This document shows, one piece after another, positions 1-11,026 of a stretch of DNA of 64,000 bases (position 1 is its first letter; each line of letters begins with the position of its first letter). The stretch is from an uncultured Planctomycetota bacterium (lineage in GTDB: Bacteria > Planctomycetota > Planctomycetia > Isosphaerales > Isosphaeraceae). The translations under genes and the position numbers were made by a program. The notes beneath the pieces are model-generated. The model saw nothing but the letters and a program-made list of their open reading frames with translations. It was not told the origin of the DNA and did no database searches. Location of the stretch: the NCBI GenBank assembly GCA_963737655.1, contig CAVTTN010000002.1, forward strand, positions 1,088,001 through 1,152,000. The letters are read 5' to 3'.

Positions 1-1
1 C

Positions 2-82
2 GACGGCGGGGCGGTCCTCCCGGGCTTTCGGTTGGCGGTCTCGGCGCTGTTCGACGGGATCATCGGGCCTCCGAGCCGCTGA
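2..82 (+). CDS. C-terminal fragment of a Uma2/DUF820-family endonuclease (partial, window edge)
   Basis: Frame 2 reads DGGAVLPGFRLAVSALFDGIIGPPSR*, matching the typical Uma2 C-terminal 'DGGDVLPGFRLxVxxLF' motif. Confidence 0.6.
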   Translation, partial: DGGAVLPGFRLAVSALFDGIIGPPSR

Positions 83-91
83 GTTATCGAG

Positions 92-1225
92 TCATCCGGG
101 GCCGAGGCGGGCGAGGGTCTGGACGACCTTCTCGGCGGCGTCGGGCCGGGCGATCCTCAGGGCGTTGGCCTTCATCGCCGCGAGGCGCCTGGGGTCGTCC
201 AGGAGGCGATCGACCTTGTAGGCCAGCACCGGCAGGTTGTTGCAGCGGATCGCGGCGCCTTCTTCCAGGAGGTGATCGCTGTTGCGTTCCTCCTGGCCGG
301 GGATCGGGTTGACGACCACGTACACCAGCCCCCGAGACAGGGCCTCGCTGGTGGTCAGGCCGCCGGGCTTGCCGACGATCAGGTCGGAGGCGCCGATGAG
401 CTCGTCCATCTGGGTGGTGTAGCCGACGACCTTGAACGCCAGGGTCGAGCCGACCGGCAGGCGTTCGGCGCGGGCCTGGAGGTCGGCGCGGAGGTCCTCG
501 TTCTTCCCGCAGACGGCGATGACCTGGGCCGGGTGGCGGAGCCGGCCGAGGCTCTCCATCAGCTCCTCGACCCGCCCCACGCCGAAGCCTCCGGCCGAGA
601 CGAGGATCGTCGTCAGGTCCGGCCTCAACCCATGCTTCTTCCTCATCTCCAGGGGGTCGGCCGATCGGGCGAAGGCCGGGTCGATCGGGATGCCCGAGAC
701 CGTGATCCTCGCCGGGCTCACGCCGAGCTCTTCGAGATGGGCCCGGGTCTCGTCCAGAGCGACGAAATAATGCTCGCAGCGGCGGCAGAGCCACATGGCG
801 TGGACGTCGAAATCGGTGACGACGGTGGCCTGGCGGCAGTCCAGCCGCTCCTTGTCGCGGAGCCAGGCGATCACCTCGGCCGGGAGGAAGTGGGTGCAGA
901 CGGTCACGTCGGGCCGGTACTTCTGCAAGAGCTTGGCGAACGGGCGGGTGTTGAGCTTCTCGAAGGCGGTCTTCGTCGGCCGGTTCCTCCAGGGCTTGTC
1001 CAGCGAGTCGTAGAGCCAGCCGAGGACCTCGGGCATGGTGTTGACCATGTCCAGATACGCCTTGGAGTAGAGCCGGCGGAACAAAGGATTGGTGAATTCC
1101 AGGCAATCGACGTGGCGGACCTCCCCGGCCGAGCCGGTCTGGGCGAACGCCTTCTCGATCGCCTGGGCGGCCCGGACGTGTCCGGCGCCGGCGCTGGCCG
1201 AGAGGATCAGGACTTTATTGAGCAT
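92..1225 (-). CDS. MGDG synthase/UgtP-like diacylglycerol glycosyltransferase (GT28-like)
   Basis: Starts MLNKVLILSASAGAGHVRAA; contains CTHFLP, VVTDFDVHAMW, GIPID, KPGGLTTSEAL and PIPGQEERN motifs. Confidence 0.88.
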   Translation of the reverse strand: MLNKVLILSASAGAGHVRAAQAIEKAFAQTGSAGEVRHVDCLEFTNPLFRRLYSKAYLDMVNTMPEVLGWLYDSLDKPWRNRPTKTAFEKLNTRPFAKLLQKYRPDVTVCTHFLPAEVIAWLRDKERLDCRQATVVTDFDVHAMWLCRRCEHYFVALDETRAHLEELGVSPARITVSGIPIDPAFARSADPLEMRKKHGLRPDLTTILVSAGGFGVGRVEELMESLGRLRHPAQVIAVCGKNEDLRADLQARAERLPVGSTLAFKVVGYTTQMDELIGASDLIVGKPGGLTTSEALSRGLVYVVVNPIPGQEERNSDHLLEEGAAIRCNNLPVLAYKVDRLLDDPRRLAAMKANALRIARPDAAEKVVQTLARLGPG

Positions 1226-1411
1226 GGGCGGACCGGGGGTTTTCTGCCGGGACGGGCCGTCGAGGCGATCTCGGCGATGGGGGGGAAGTGGTCCCGGCGA
1301 TGCCGCCATCATCCCCCGCAATGGTCCTTCGGGCCAGACTCTGCTACAATTGAGCGGAATCTCCCGCCGGAACCTCCCGCCCCACCCGCCGCCCGAGAAG
1401 GTCCCCGACGC

Positions 1412-4212
1412 ATGGAACCCGCCCCGGACCGCCGATCGGCCGTCGTCTTCCTCATCCTCGTCACGATCGCCCGGCTCGCCGCGACCGGATCGACCCTCGC
1501 CGACGAGGCCAGGCCCTCGCCGGCCGACCTCGAATTCTTCGAGGCGAAGGTCCGCCCGGTCCTGGCCGAGCATTGCCTGTCCTGCCACGGGCCCGAGAAG
1601 CAGAAATCGGGGCTGAGGCTCGACTCGCGATCGGCGGCGCTGAAGGGCGGCGCGAGCGGGCCGGCGATCGCGCCCGGAGACCCCGGGAACAGCCCGCTCA
1701 TCGAGGCCGTCCGCCAGTCCGGCGACCTGAAGATGCCGCCCAAGGGGAAACTGCCCGAGGAGGCCGTCGCCGCCCTGACCGACTGGGTCAAACGGGGCGC
1801 CGCCTGGCCCGAAGCCAAGGCCGCGCCGACTCTCGATCCCAGGGCCACGCACTGGGCCTTCCAGCCCGTTCGCAACCCCGGGCCCCCGGCGGTGAAAGAC
1901 GCGGCCTGGCCCAAAGACCCGATCGACCGCTTCATCCTGGCGAGGCTCGAAGCGAAGGGGCTCTCGCCGTCGAGACCGGCCGACAAGGCCACGCTGATCC
2001 GCCGGGCCTCGTTCGACCTGGTCGGCCTGCCGCCGTCTCCCGAGGAGGTCGCCGGGTTCGTCCGGGACGACTCGCCCGACGCCTTCGCCAGGGTCGTCGA
2101 TCGCCTCCTCGCCTCGCCCCATTACGGCGAGCGCTGGGGCCGCCACTGGCTGGACGTGGCCCGATACGGCGACACGAAAGGCTATGTGTTCACCGAAGAC
2201 ATGGAATTCCACTGGGCCTACACCTACCGCGACTGGGTCGTCAAGGCCCTGAACGCCGACGTCCCGTATGACGAGTTCCTCGTCCGGCAGATCGCCGCCG
2301 ACCGGCTCGTCTCCGGCGAGGACCGCCGGGACCTCGCGGCCCTGGGGTTCCTGACCGTCGGCAGCCAGTTCATGAAGAATCGCCAGGACGTCCTGGATGA
2401 CCGGGTGGACGTCACGACTCGCGGACTGATGGCGCTGACGGTCTCCTGCGCCCGGTGCCACGACCACAAGTTCGACCCGATCCCCACGGCCGATTATTAC
2501 TCGCTGTACGGCGTGTTCGATTCGACGGTGGATCCGTCGGTCCCTCCCCTGTTCGAGCCTCCCCCGCAAACCGCGGAATACGAGGCGTTCTCTCGCGACC
2601 TGGCCGCGAGGGAGAAGGCCCTGGCCGCGTTCGTCGAGGAGAAGCACGAGGAGCTCGTCCGCCAGACCAAGACCCGGATGGCCGACTTCCTCCTGGCGGC
2701 CCAGGCCACCGGCCGGCAGCCGGATACCAACGAATTCATGCTGATCGCCGACAAGGGAGACCTCAACCCGGTGGTCCTCGGCCGGTGGCGGCGGTTCCTC
2801 AAGAAGACCTCGGAGGGCGCCGACCCGGTCTTCGGGCCGTGGCACGCCCTGGCGAAACTGCCGAAGGACGGATTCGCCGAGAAGGCGGCCTCGACGCTCT
2901 CGACCCTGGCCTCCGACCCGAAGACGCCGGTGAACCCGGTGATTCTCCGGGCCCTGACCGAGGCCCATCCGTCGTCGTTGGCCGAGGCGGCGGAAGTCTA
3001 CGGCCGGGTGCTCAACGCGAACGAGACGATCTGGCAGGATTACGCGAGGCGGGCGGTCCTGAACGGCTCGCCCGCGACCGCGCATCCAGACCCGGCCCGC
3101 GAGGAGCTCCGCCAGGTCTTCCACGGCCCCAACTCGCCGGTGTTCCTGCCCCCTCGGCCCAATCGCGGCGACCTGACCTTGCTGCCCGATCGCGCCTCCC
3201 AGGGCAAGTATCGGGAATTGCTCAAGGATCTGGAAGAGTTCCGGATCAAGGGCCCGGCGCGCCGGCCCGGGCCCTGGCGGTCGAGGACTCGCCCAACCCG
3301 GTCCAGCCGCGGATCTTCCGCCGGGGCAACCCCGGCAACCCCGGAGATGCCGTCCCTCGACGGTTCCTCGCCGTCCTCTCCACCGGCGAGCGGAAGCCGT
3401 TCCAGGACGGCTCCGGCCGCCTGGAGCTGGCCCGGGCGATCGCCTCGAAGGACAACCCTTTGACCGCCCGGGTCCTCGTCAACCGCTCATGGATGCACCT
3501 GATCGGCAGGCCGATCGTGGGGACGCCCGGCGATTTCGGCCTCCGCAGCGACCCGCCCTCGCACCCCGAATTGCTCGACCACCTGGCCTCCTCGTTGCTC
3601 GCCGACGGCTGGTCGCAGAAGCGGCTCCATCGCCGGATCATGCTCTCGGCCACCTATCAGCAGGCGAGCGATCCTCGACCCGAATGCGCGGCGGTCGATC
3701 CCGAAAACTCGCTCGTCTGGAGGGCGAACCGCAAGAGGCTGGACTTCGAGACGACCCGAGACGCGATCCTGAGCGTCTCGGGGAGGCTCGACCGCTCCCT
3801 CGGCGGCCCTCCGGTGCGCGACATCCTCACGCCGGGCGCCTCGCGACGGACGCTCTACGGCTATATCGACCGCCTGAACCTGCCGAACGTCTACCGGGCC
3901 TTCGACTACCCCGACCCGAACGCCTCGAACGCTAAACGAGACCTCACCACGGTCCCCCCGCAGGCCCTGTTCCTCATGAATCACCCGATCGCGATCGAGG
4001 CGGCGAAGGCCACGGCGAAGAGGCCCGAGATCGCCGCCGAGGCCGACGAGGCGAAAAGGGTCGAGCGGCTCTATCGCCTCCTCTACGGCCGAGATCCGTC
4101 GAGCGAGGAGGTCGCCCTGGCCCGCGAGTACCTCGCCGACCCGGCCGGCTCCTCGTGGGATCGGTACGTCCAGGGGCTTATGATTGCCAATGAGTTCGTC
4201 TTCATCGACTGA
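1412..4212 (+). CDS. Planctomycete cytochrome c + DUF1549 + DUF1553 (PSCyt/PSD1) protein, with one frameshift near 3255
   Basis: CLSCHG and CARCHDHKFDPI motifs, YGERWGRHWLDVARY, NPLTARVLVNR, PPSHPELLD; the frame switches in ggcccggc near 3251-3260. Confidence 0.9.
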
Positions 4213-4225
4213 GGAGGGCCGGGGC

Positions 4226-4477
4226 ATGACGACCGTGATCCTGGAGCACGACGCGAGCAAGCTGGCGAACCTGACCGGGGAGGTCGAGGTGTGCGACCCC
4301 TCGGGCCGCGTCCTCGGGTACTTCCGGCCGAACGTCCCCGATCGTTCGCTCTATGAGGGGATCGAAATCCCCGTGACCGAGGAAGAATTGCAGAGGTCCG
4401 AGCAGGAGATGCGCGAGGGGAAGGGATTCACCACGGCCCAGGTGCTCGACCATCTCAAGGGCCTGGAGGCGCGCTGA
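4226..4477 (+). CDS. Putative type II antitoxin, copy 1
   Basis: 83-aa acidic protein after a GGAGG RBS, ending EGKGFTTAQVLDHL; its stop overlaps the toxin start (TGATG). Confidence 0.65.
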   Translation: MTTVILEHDASKLANLTGEVEVCDPSGRVLGYFRPNVPDRSLYEGIEIPVTEEELQRSEQEMREGKGFTTAQVLDHLKGLEAR

Positions 4478-4740
4478 TGGCCGAGGTTCTCTGGACGCCG
4501 TCGGCCCTGGACCGGCTCGCCACGATCTGGACCGAATCGTCCCGCCGAGAGGCCGTAAACGAGGCGGTGGCACGAATCGACCGGGAACTCGCGGCCGACC
4601 CCGCCCACTCCGGAGAATCTCGCGACGAGGGCCGACGCATCCTGATCGATCTGCCCCTCGGTGTGATCTTCCGACCCGGGCCGGGCGGGGCGTCGGTCAC
4701 CGTCCTCGCGGTCTGGGCAATCCGGCCCAGGAATCCCTGA
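4477..4740 (+). CDS. Putative RelE/ParE-superfamily toxin, copy 1
   Basis: 87 aa starting VLWTPSALDRLATIW, with LAADP..GESR and VTVLAVW, a RelE/ParE-like pattern; translationally coupled. Confidence 0.65.
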   Translation: MAEVLWTPSALDRLATIWTESSRREAVNEAVARIDRELAADPAHSGESRDEGRRILIDLPLGVIFRPGPGGASVTVLAVWAIRPRNP

Positions 4741-4765
4741 CGAACCTTCCGAGAAGGAGGTGAAC

Positions 4766-5020
4766 ATGACGACCGTGATCCTGGAGCACGACGCGAGCAA
4801 GCTGGCGAACCTGACCGGGGAGGTCGAGGTGTGCGACCCCTCGGGCCGGGTCCTCGGTTACTTCCGGCCGAACGTCCCCGATCGTTCGCTCTACGAGGGG
4901 ATCGAAGTCCCGTCCGACCTGGAGGAACGACTGGGTCGGGCCCGCGAGCAGAGGGAGGCCGGCGAGGGGCACACCCTGGCCGAAGTCCTGGCCCACCTCA
5001 CGAGCCTGGAGTCCCGGTGA
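4766..5020 (+). CDS. Putative type II antitoxin, copy 2
   Basis: First 47 aa identical to copy 1; AAGGAGG RBS; TGATG overlap with the next gene. Confidence 0.65.
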   Translation: MTTVILEHDASKLANLTGEVEVCDPSGRVLGYFRPNVPDRSLYEGIEVPSDLEERLGRAREQREAGEGHTLAEVLAHLTSLESR

Positions 5021-5286
5021 TGGCGAGCGTCCTCTGGATGCCTGCGGCCCTGGGCCGATTGGCGGACGTCTGGACCTCCGCGCCCGATCGCCAGGCCGTC
5101 ACGGAAGCCGTCTCGCGGATCGATCGGGCCCTGGCCTCCGGGCCGACCGTCATCGGGGAGTCCCGAGATCGCGATGAGCGCATCGTGGTCGAGCCTCCCC
5201 TGGTCGCCGTCTTCGCCGTGGGCCCGGGCGGTCAGGCCGCCTTCGTCCTGGACGTCTGGGCGTCCGAGCGACGTCGTCCCCGCTGA
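5020..5286 (+). CDS. Putative RelE/ParE-superfamily toxin, copy 2
   Basis: MASVLWMPAALGRLADVW...IDRALASGP..GESRD...VLDVW; paralogue of 4477-4740. Confidence 0.65.
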   Translation: MASVLWMPAALGRLADVWTSAPDRQAVTEAVSRIDRALASGPTVIGESRDRDERIVVEPPLVAVFAVGPGGQAAFVLDVWASERRRPR

Positions 5287-5356
5287 ATCGATCGAGGCCG
5301 CTCGATGGGTGGTCGTCCCGCCGGCATCCCTGAACCTTGGAATCGGAGCCCCCGCC

Positions 5357-6814
5357 ATGACCGACCCGAACGCCCGCCCCGATGACGCCTTCTTGACCCG
5401 TCGCGACGTCCTCCGCCGGAGCGGGATGGGCTTCGGCATGATCGGCCTGGCCGGCTTGCTCGCCGAGGAAGGGTTGCTCTCGACCCCCTCGGCCCGGGGC
5501 GATACCGACCTGCTCCCCCTGGCGCCCAAGAAGCCGCAGTTCCCGGCGAAGGCCCAACGAGTCGTCCATTTGTTCATGAATGGCGGGCCGAGCCACGTCG
5601 ATACGTTCGACCGCAAGCCCTTGCTCGACCAGTACCACGGCAAGCCCCTGCCGATGTCCAACCTCCGCACCGAGAGGAAGACCGGCGCGGCCTTGAGGTC
5701 CCCGTTCTCGTGGGCGAAGCACGGCCAGAGCGGCCTGGAGGTCAGCGAGCTTTTCGCGAAGACCGCCGCCCATGCCGACGACCTCTGCGTGATCCGCTCG
5801 ATGTGCGCCGACGTGCCCAATCATGAGCCGTCCTTGATGCTCATGAACTGCGGGGAGAGCCGCCAGCCCCGGCCGAGCCTGGGGTCGTGGGTCACCTACG
5901 GCCTGGGCAGCGAGAACCAGAACCTCCCGGGCTTCCTCGCGCTCTGCCCCAACGGGTATCCGATCACCTCGACGCAGAACTGGCGGTCGGCGTTCCTCCC
6001 GGGGGCGTACCAGGGCACGTATATCAACACGCAACATCAGGACGTCCGCAAGCTGATCGAGAACATCGAGAACAAGAACGCCTCCCCGGGCCAGCAACGG
6101 CGGCAGCTCGACCTGGTCCGCCGATTGAACGAGGCGCACCTGGACAAACGAGGCCGCGAGCCCCAGCTCGAAGCCCGGCTCCAGTCGTTCGAGCTGGCGT
6201 ACCGGATGCAGTCCGAGGCGGCCGAGGCGTTCGACCTGTCTCGCGAGCCGAAATCGACCCGCGAGATGTACGGCGACGGCATCCACGGCCGGCAATTGCT
6301 GCTCACGCGGCGACTGCTCGAACGAGGCGTGCGGTTCATCCAGGTCTGGAGCGGCGAGGGGCAGCCGTGGGACAGCCACGACGACCTCGAATCCGAACAC
6401 CGCCGGCTCGCGAAGGAATGGGACGGGCCGATCGCCGCGTTCCTCGCCGACCTCAAGGCGCGCGGCCTGTTCGACAGCACCCTGGTGATCTGGGGGGGCG
6501 AGTTCGGCCGGACCCCGGTGGTCGAATTGCCCACGCCGGGCTCGAACGCCGGCAAGATGAACGGCCGCGACCACAACCACTACGGCTTCAGCATGTGGAT
6601 GGCCGGAGGAGGCGCGAAGGGCGGCTACGTCCACGGCAAGACCGACGACGCGGGGTTCTCGGCCGTGGAAGACAAGGTCCACGTCCACGACCTCCACGCC
6701 ACGATCTTGCACCTCCTCGGCTTCGACCACGAGAAGCTCACCTACCGCTACGCCGGCCGGGATTTTCGGCTCACCGACGTCCATGGGAACGTGGTCAAGG
6801 CGTTGATCGCATGA
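5357..6814 (+). CDS. DUF1501 domain protein (Tat-type signal)
   Basis: TRRDVL signal, LFMNGGPSHVDTFD, RRLLERGVRFIQV, GGEFGRTP, GRDH, VHDLHATILHLLG. Confidence 0.92.
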   Translation: MTDPNARPDDAFLTRRDVLRRSGMGFGMIGLAGLLAEEGLLSTPSARGDTDLLPLAPKKPQFPAKAQRVVHLFMNGGPSHVDTFDRKPLLDQYHGKPLPMSNLRTERKTGAALRSPFSWAKHGQSGLEVSELFAKTAAHADDLCVIRSMCADVPNHEPSLMLMNCGESRQPRPSLGSWVTYGLGSENQNLPGFLALCPNGYPITSTQNWRSAFLPGAYQGTYINTQHQDVRKLIENIENKNASPGQQRRQLDLVRRLNEAHLDKRGREPQLEARLQSFELAYRMQSEAAEAFDLSREPKSTREMYGDGIHGRQLLLTRRLLERGVRFIQVWSGEGQPWDSHDDLESEHRRLAKEWDGPIAAFLADLKARGLFDSTLVIWGGEFGRTPVVELPTPGSNAGKMNGRDHNHYGFSMWMAGGGAKGGYVHGKTDDAGFSAVEDKVHVHDLHATILHLLGFDHEKLTYRYAGRDFRLTDVHGNVVKALIA

Positions 6815-6845
6815 TTGATGGGGCGTGCGTTTCCTTCACGCCCCA

Positions 6846-7307
6846 TCATCTCACCCCCCACTCCCACAACCCGAACGCGGTCTTCTTGTCGATCGGGTGG
6901 CCGGTCTGCTTGAGGGTCCAGCCGATCTGGCCTCGGTGGTGGGACTCGTGCGAGATCAGGTAGCCGAGGAACGCCGTGGCGTGGGGCTTGAACCCCTTGA
7001 TCCTGCCCCCCTCGGCCACGGCCCGGCGGAGGAGGTTCGCCACGGCGCCGCCCGAGGCCGTCAGCGCCGATTCCAACTGGGCCTTGGTGCCGCCGACCTT
7101 CGTCTCGAGCTTCTCCAGCCCTTCGAGCAGTTCCGGCGCCGCGGCCTTCAGCCACATCAGCCGGACGTTGTGGACGTGGGCGAACTGGTCGAAGACCGTC
7201 CGGCATCTGGGCAGGGCCGCGCCCAGGCCGGCTTCGGGCACGGCGTCGAGCAGATATCGGTGGATCCGGTCGTGGATCTGCCAGGTCTCGATCAGGGGGT
7301 CATCCAT
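6846..7307 (-). CDS. DinB-family protein
   Basis: 153 aa with FAHVHNVR and YLISHESHHRGQI metal-binding His motifs. Confidence 0.85.
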   Translation of the reverse strand: MDDPLIETWQIHDRIHRYLLDAVPEAGLGAALPRCRTVFDQFAHVHNVRLMWLKAAAPELLEGLEKLETKVGGTKAQLESALTASGGAVANLLRRAVAEGGRIKGFKPHATAFLGYLISHESHHRGQIGWTLKQTGHPIDKKTAFGLWEWGVR

Positions 7308-7335
7308 CGACGGCGCTCCCGGCTTCGGAACCAGC

Positions 7336-8514
7336 TCAGGTCTTCGCCCGGGACCGCAACGGGGAGCCGGCCCGGCTGGCGGCGGCGAGGATCGCGTCTC
7401 GGAACGCGAACGATCGGTCGCCCAGGGCGAGCTTCACCGTCTTGCCCCTCGAGGTGACGATCGCCAGGTTGTGCGAGTACGTCTTGCTGTTGCGGCTCTG
7501 GACCTTCTCGATGGAGACCTCGAGCGAGACGATCGAGGCCCAGGGAAGTCTCTTGGTCCAGCCCACGTGGTCGAGTTCGAGGCCGTCTTCCTCGATCCGC
7601 AGGCGATACCACGTGTTGAAGATGCTCACGAACCCGACGAGGGCCAGGACCGGCCCGATGTAGCGCATGGCCATCGCCCGGCCGTCGTTGCGGCGATTGG
7701 CGCCGTTGTTCGGAGCGGGGGCGTTCGGGTCGTAGAGGAGCCAGCTCGCGGTGGTCAGCCCGACGAACAGGAGGGTGGTGAAGACCGCCCCGGCCACCGC
7801 CTTTTTCCTCGGGAAGACGATCGGGGCCGTCTTCGAGCCGCCGATCGGCCCGAAGTCGTCGGCGAGGGTCGGGACGGGGATCGCCGCCGAGGCCGGCGAG
7901 CCGGCGAGGATGAGCGCCTCCCAGTCCAGCCGTTGTCGGAGCCGTTCGAGGAATTCGTCGAACTTGCCGTACTGGTTGCTGATCTTCAAGGTCGGCAGGC
8001 CCGGCCGCCCTTCCAGGACGAGCCGGCCCCAGGCGTCCTGGAGGCGGACGGCGGCGATGTCCTCCCAGCCGAGGAATTCCTCGGGCCGACGGCCCTTGCG
8101 GCGGCTGATCCCGCGATCCTCGACCGTGAACCGCTCCGACATCCTGCCGATCACCCACGACAGCCCGAAGGCCAGGACGAGCAGGACGAGGCCCAGGAGC
8201 CACGGCCCCCAGCCGAGCGACGAGTCCAGGATCGCCCCCACCACGAACCCGCCGCCCACGACGACCAGGACCAGGACGAGGCCCCAGAGGATCGCCTTTT
8301 GCCAGGTCGGCGTGCCGATCGTCAGGACCGGCGCGGGCTTCGCCTCGATCGGAGGCCGGGCGGCCCGGCTCGCCGTGGGAGCTGGCTCGGATCGCGAGGG
8401 GGGCGTCGCCGATTCCGTCTTCGGCAGAACCCCCCGGCAGACGGGGCATCGCGAGAGCCCGGCCGGGACTCGGGTGGCGCACGCCGGGTCGGGACAGATC
8501 ACGTAGTCGGGCAT
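7336..8514 (-). CDS. Hypothetical membrane protein with N-terminal Zn-ribbon and two bacterial PH-like segments
   Basis: CPDPAC...CPVC; two TM hairpins, each followed by a VEDRGI/IEEDGL...W-x-x-I pattern. Confidence 0.6.
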   Translation of the reverse strand: MPDYVICPDPACATRVPAGLSRCPVCRGVLPKTESATPPSRSEPAPTASRAARPPIEAKPAPVLTIGTPTWQKAILWGLVLVLVVVGGGFVVGAILDSSLGWGPWLLGLVLLVLAFGLSWVIGRMSERFTVEDRGISRRKGRRPEEFLGWEDIAAVRLQDAWGRLVLEGRPGLPTLKISNQYGKFDEFLERLRQRLDWEALILAGSPASAAIPVPTLADDFGPIGGSKTAPIVFPRKKAVAGAVFTTLLFVGLTTASWLLYDPNAPAPNNGANRRNDGRAMAMRYIGPVLALVGFVSIFNTWYRLRIEEDGLELDHVGWTKRLPWASIVSLEVSIEKVQSRNSKTYSHNLAIVTSRGKTVKLALGDRSFAFRDAILAAASRAGSPLRSRAKT

Positions 8515-8575
8515 GGGGCGCGGTCCTCGGGGGGCAGGCGACGCCCCTTGATGGGACTCGACGGGACCGGCCGAG

Positions 8576-9510
8576 TCAAGCCCCGGGGCGGGCCGTCAGG
8601 CCCGATGGCTCGCCCGACCTCCCCGGCCTCGTCGCCTTGCCCAGCCAGAGCCTCGCCGAGATCGCCCACGACGCCGCCATGTAGAAGGCCGGGTAGATCG
8701 TCGAGACCAGGACGAGGTTTCTCGCCAGGCCCTCGGGCACGCGATGGCCGGGGGAACCGTCGGAGGGCAGGAGCGCCAGGACCGCGACCAGGAGGGCCGC
8801 CCAGGCCGCCCCTCCGACGTTGCTGACCTTGTTCAGCAGACCCGGGCGCGACGACGGATAGAGATAGCGGCTCGGGACGAACGTGAGGACCGACAGCACG
8901 AGGACGACCGCCAGGGAGGCCCAGGGCGGCAGGTCCAGGACGTAAAGGTAGAACGCCACGATGTTCCAGAGCGACGGGAAGCCGAGGAAATAGCCGTCGT
9001 CGGTCTTGATCGACGTCTGGCAGAACCCGTAGGCGCTGGCCATCAGGGGGACGATCAGCCACGCCTCCTGCCCGGCGGGCAGGATCGCGGCCTTCCAGAT
9101 CAGCAGCAGGGGCAGGCAGGTGTAGGTCAGCCAGTCCACCAGGTCGTCGAGCCTCCGGCCGTCGAAGCCGGGGAGGACTTCCTTGATCCGGACCCGGCGG
9201 GCGAGGGTGCCGTCGGTGGCGTCGATGACCGTGGCGACGATCATCAGGGCGAACGACCCTCGGAACGCCCAGGGGCCGCCTTCGATCAGGAGCCAGGCCA
9301 TCCCGGAGGCGGCCACGAGGCCCAGGGCCGTATAGAAATGGACGAGCCAGGCCAGGACGCGGACGGTCGAGCCCCGGGCGCCCTCGGGGCGTTGCGGACC
9401 CTCTTGTCCTTGGTCCGGAGGATCACCCAGCGGGCCACGCGGTTGCGGGCGAGCTTGTCGCCGACGGTCCGCCATCGGGCGTTGCGGTCGCGGGCGCGTT
9501 TCTCGGTCAT
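8576..9510 (-). CDS. pcs: Phosphatidylcholine synthase-like CDP-alcohol phosphotransferase (probable frameshift near 9385)
   Basis: AWLVHFYTALG, DATDGTLARR..DGRRLDDLVDWLTY, KTDDGYFLGFPSLWN typical of Pcs; ATG at 9510 overlaps the permease stop, alternative in-frame start 9475. Confidence 0.8.
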
Positions 9511-10991
9511 CGTCGGGGTTCCCGTGGAGGGCGGCCGATCCGTCTTCGGCGGTCGCGGGCGATCAGGAGGCCGAGCACCACCAGGGCCGCCGTGGCCAGG
9601 GGGGCGGCGAAGCGCTGGTGCCAGGCCGGACCGTAGACCTCGGCTCGGGGCCAGCCGGTGTTGATCACGATGGCCACGGCCCACCCGACCGCGACGACGT
9701 TGACCGCCGTGCCGAACCGGCCGAGGCGGAAGAACGAGGGGGACTCCGGCCAGCCCCGGCTCAGGCGGCAGGCCAGCAGGGACGCCGACACCAGAAAATA
9801 CGCCAGGTCAATCCACACGACCGAGACCGTCGCGATCAGGACCACGACCTTCGGGTCCTGGAAATTCATCAGCAAACCCAGGGCCGCCAGGCCCCCGACG
9901 ACGATCGCCGGGGCCACCGGCGAACCCGAGCCGCCGACCCGACCCAGCCGGCCCGAGCCGGGCAGCAGGCCGTCCCTGGCCAGGGCGAAGACCAAGCGAA
10001 CGGCCCCGGCGTGGACCGTCAGGGCGCAGGAGACGATCGCCACCGCCACGACGACCAGGAACGCCGAGCCGAGGCCGGGCCCCAGGGCGGTCCGGACGAT
10101 CAGGGTCAGCCCGCCTCCGGCCAGGTCCGGGTCCGCCGGGTCGTCGGCCGCCATCAGGGCCGAGAGGATCAGCAAGCCGCCGAGCACGGCCGCCGAACCC
10201 AGGGCGAGGACGATCGCTCGGGGCGACTTCTTTCGAGGCGAGACCGTCTCCTCGGCGAGCGAGCCGGCCGTCTCGAATCCGTACAGCACGTACGACGCCG
10301 TCAAGGCCGCCGCGAGATACGCCCCCGGGCCGATCGGCCCGCCGCCCCGGGTGGAGGCCGCGCTCAGGGCCTCCATCGGCCCTCTCCGGGCGTGGGCGAA
10401 CAGGAGGGCCACCAGGGCGACGGCCCCCAGCAGCTCGACCATCACGCCGACATTGTTGATCGTCGCCAGGAGCCGGACCCCCCGTGCGTTCAGGAACGTC
10501 GTGAGGCCGATCAGGACGCAGCCCAGGAGCACCGCGTTCTTCGCCTCGGAGGCCGGGTCGCCGGCCGTCCCCACGACCTGGAATCCCGACCACAGGGCCG
10601 GCAGGACCGCCTGCAAGGCCATCGACACCGCCGCCAGGGAGACGACCGAGCCGGCCATCGAGATCCAGCCGGCCATCCAGCCCACCGACGGCGAGCCGAC
10701 CCGGCGGGCCCACTGATACACGCTCCCGCACAGCGGGTAGCGGGCCGCCAGCTCGGCGAAACCCAGGGCCAGGCTCATCTGCCCGAGCGCCACCACCGGC
10801 CACGTCCAGAACACGCCCGGACCGGCGAAGGCCAGGCCCAGGCCGAGCATCTGGAACAGCCCGGTCAAGATCGAGATGAACGCGAACCCCGCGGCGAACG
10901 ACGAGAACCCGCCGAGCGACCGGCCCAGGCTCTGGGCATAGCCGAACCCGGCAAGGTCGCGCTCATCTCCTGGAGTCTCGGCGGTGGTCAC
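9507..10991 (-). CDS. APC-family amino acid/amine permease (choline/ethanolamine/GABA type)
   Basis: GYAQSLGRSLGGFSSFAAGFAFISILTG, AELAARYPLCGSVYQW, GFETAGSLAEET; about 12 TM segments; GTG start inferred. Confidence 0.85.
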   Translation of the reverse strand: MTTAETPGDERDLAGFGYAQSLGRSLGGFSSFAAGFAFISILTGLFQMLGLGLAFAGPGVFWTWPVVALGQMSLALGFAELAARYPLCGSVYQWARRVGSPSVGWMAGWISMAGSVVSLAAVSMALQAVLPALWSGFQVVGTAGDPASEAKNAVLLGCVLIGLTTFLNARGVRLLATINNVGVMVELLGAVALVALLFAHARRGPMEALSAASTRGGGPIGPGAYLAAALTASYVLYGFETAGSLAEETVSPRKKSPRAIVLALGSAAVLGGLLILSALMAADDPADPDLAGGGLTLIVRTALGPGLGSAFLVVVAVAIVSCALTVHAGAVRLVFALARDGLLPGSGRLGRVGGSGSPVAPAIVVGGLAALGLLMNFQDPKVVVLIATVSVVWIDLAYFLVSASLLACRLSRGWPESPSFFRLGRFGTAVNVVAVGWAVAIVINTGWPRAEVYGPAWHQRFAAPLATAALVVLGLLIARDRRRRIGRPPREPRR

Positions 10992-11026
10992 GGCGCGCGA
11001 TGCCCGAAGGGAAGGTGGTTCCTCAC

